From the NCBI GenBank assembly GCA_004022145.1, contig RCNU01000005.1: 64,000 bases of DNA; one strand, written 5' to 3'. Below are positions 62,601 to 64,000 of the stretch, piece by piece. The notes beneath the pieces are model-generated. The model was not told the origin of the DNA and made no database searches. It worked only from the letters and a program-made list of their open reading frames with translations. Position numbers and translations under genes: made by a program. How positions within the stretch are numbered: the stretch's first letter is position 1; every line of letters starts with the position of its first letter. This DNA is from Paecilomyces variotii. Lineage: Eukaryota.

Positions 62601-64000
62601 TGGATGACAATTTCACTTCCATTGTGAAGGCCATTGCGTGGGGCCGGACTGTCAATGATGCCGTGAAAAAGTTCCTGCAGGTCAGTCCAATCTATATTCG
62701 TAATCGCTTGATGCATACTAAACCGAATCTAGTTCCAAATCACTGTGAACGTCACTGCTGTCGTCTTGACATTTGTATCTGCTGTAGCTAGCGGTGATGA
62801 GAGCTCTGTACTCACGGCAGTGCAGTTGTTGTGGGTTAATCTTATCATGGATACTTTCGCAGCTCTTGCTCTGGCAACGGATCCGCCCTCGCCTTATGTC
62901 CTGGATCGGAGGCCTGAACCGAAGTCGTCATCTCTCATTTCGTTGACCATGTGGAAAATGATCATTGGACAGTCGATATACCAGTTGGTTGTGACGTTGG
63001 TTTTGAATTTTGCCGGGAACAGAATATTCGGTTACAAGACCTCTGAGGAGCAGGCGGCACTGGAGACGGTCGTGTTCAACACTTTCGTCTGGATGCAGAT
63101 ATTCAATCAGTATAAGTGAGTACTATCGGGCCCTGGTAATATGGGATTATATGCTAATGTCTTTCCAAGTTGTCGCCGCCTAGACAACCATTTCAATATT
63201 TTCGAGGGAATACACCGCAATGTCTGGTTTATAGGTATTCAGGCTATTATTATAGCGGGGCAAGTTATGATTATCTTTGTCGGTGGACGGGCCTTCTCCG
63301 TGAAGCGTCTGAACGGACCACAATGGGGCGTCTCCTTGGTTCTTGGAGCCATCTCTGTCCCCGTTGCAGTCATCATTCGATTAATTCCCGATTCACTTAT
63401 TCAGCGACTCGTCCCGCACTTTTTGAGCCGCAAGAAACCACCACAGCTTTTTGTGTCGGACGAGGAAAGCCGTTTTGAGTGGAACCCAGCGTTGGAGGAG
63501 ATTCGAGATCAACTGAGCTTCCTTAAGACGGTTCGCGGAGGACGGTTGAGGCATCTCAAGCACAAGCTTCAGCATCCGGAAACTCTTCTTCCAAGGTCTC
63601 GCAGCGGCTCACGCTCAAGAGAAGAATCTGCTCCTGCAACCCCAGTGAGCGAAGAGGCTCCTCCATCAACCTCGGCCTCGCCCCCACCTGCTACTCCAGA
63701 ATCGCGTTCAAGAAACCGAACACGCTCTCGTTCTAACTCGGCTTTCGGCCCGGCGGCTGCTATGGCTGGTATAGTGGCAGGTAGTATCGCCGGCTGGTCT
63801 CCTATTGAGAGAGGCCACGGTGACAATGATTCTCTTAAGTTCTCCCGCAATGGCAATGGTCGAGATGATCAAGCCGCCATTGAGGTGCATCCCGATACGC
63901 ATCCTGATGATCCTGTTATTACGGATTACGCAGTTTCGTCCACCACTCCTCCAAGTCAGAATCCGGATCTTGTTCCAAGCTTCGACTTTGTGCCGTCAGA
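59675..64000 (+). CDS. PMC1: PMCA-type (P2B) vacuolar Ca2+-ATPase (PmcA); continues past the window end
   Basis: DESSATGES, VAVPEGLPLAVT, ICSDKTGTLT phosphorylation site, KGASE, MVTGDN, GDGTNDAPAL, QLLWVNLIMDT, FVWMQIFN; introns ~62681-62731 and ~63116-63168. Confidence 0.97.

Noticed and set aside
1-64000. Secondary-metabolite cluster, CRISPR array, rRNA or intact transposase
   Set aside because: No PKS/NRPS/terpene synthase, repeat-spacer array, rRNA or transposase/RT motifs seen.

Overview
Eukaryotic, intron-rich, gene-dense window from a filamentous ascomycete (Aspergillus/Eurotiales-like: short GT-AG introns with CTRAY branch points). The supplied ORF track fragments most genes, so gene models were rebuilt by hand from splice signals and protein similarity recalled from memory; no searches were run. 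About 23 protein-coding genes, mostly housekeeping: VMA13, TMF1/SGM1-like golgin, NAS6, PRP46, ORC1, a conserved hypothetical protein, prefoldin 5, mitochondrial ProRS, MAK21, HAS1, an amino-acid permease, GCV1, an FAD monooxygenase, an orphan gene, APS kinase, VMA5, a hot-dog thioesterase, a succinyl-CoA-ligase-like alpha-beta fusion, a small protein with an R3HCC1-like tail, SUMO, NUP84, a cyanamide hydratase and the PMC1 Ca2+-ATPase (truncated by the window end). Most notable: (1) a spliced single-chain SCS alpha+beta fusion that keeps the phospho-His loop, has lost the nucleotide-binding part of the ATP-grasp and carries an internal presequence-like linker; (2) a ~410-nt highly structured box C/D-type ncRNA candidate at 47594-48005 (minus); (3) a GC-AG intron in ORC1, micro-exons and a SUMO ending directly in GG-stop.
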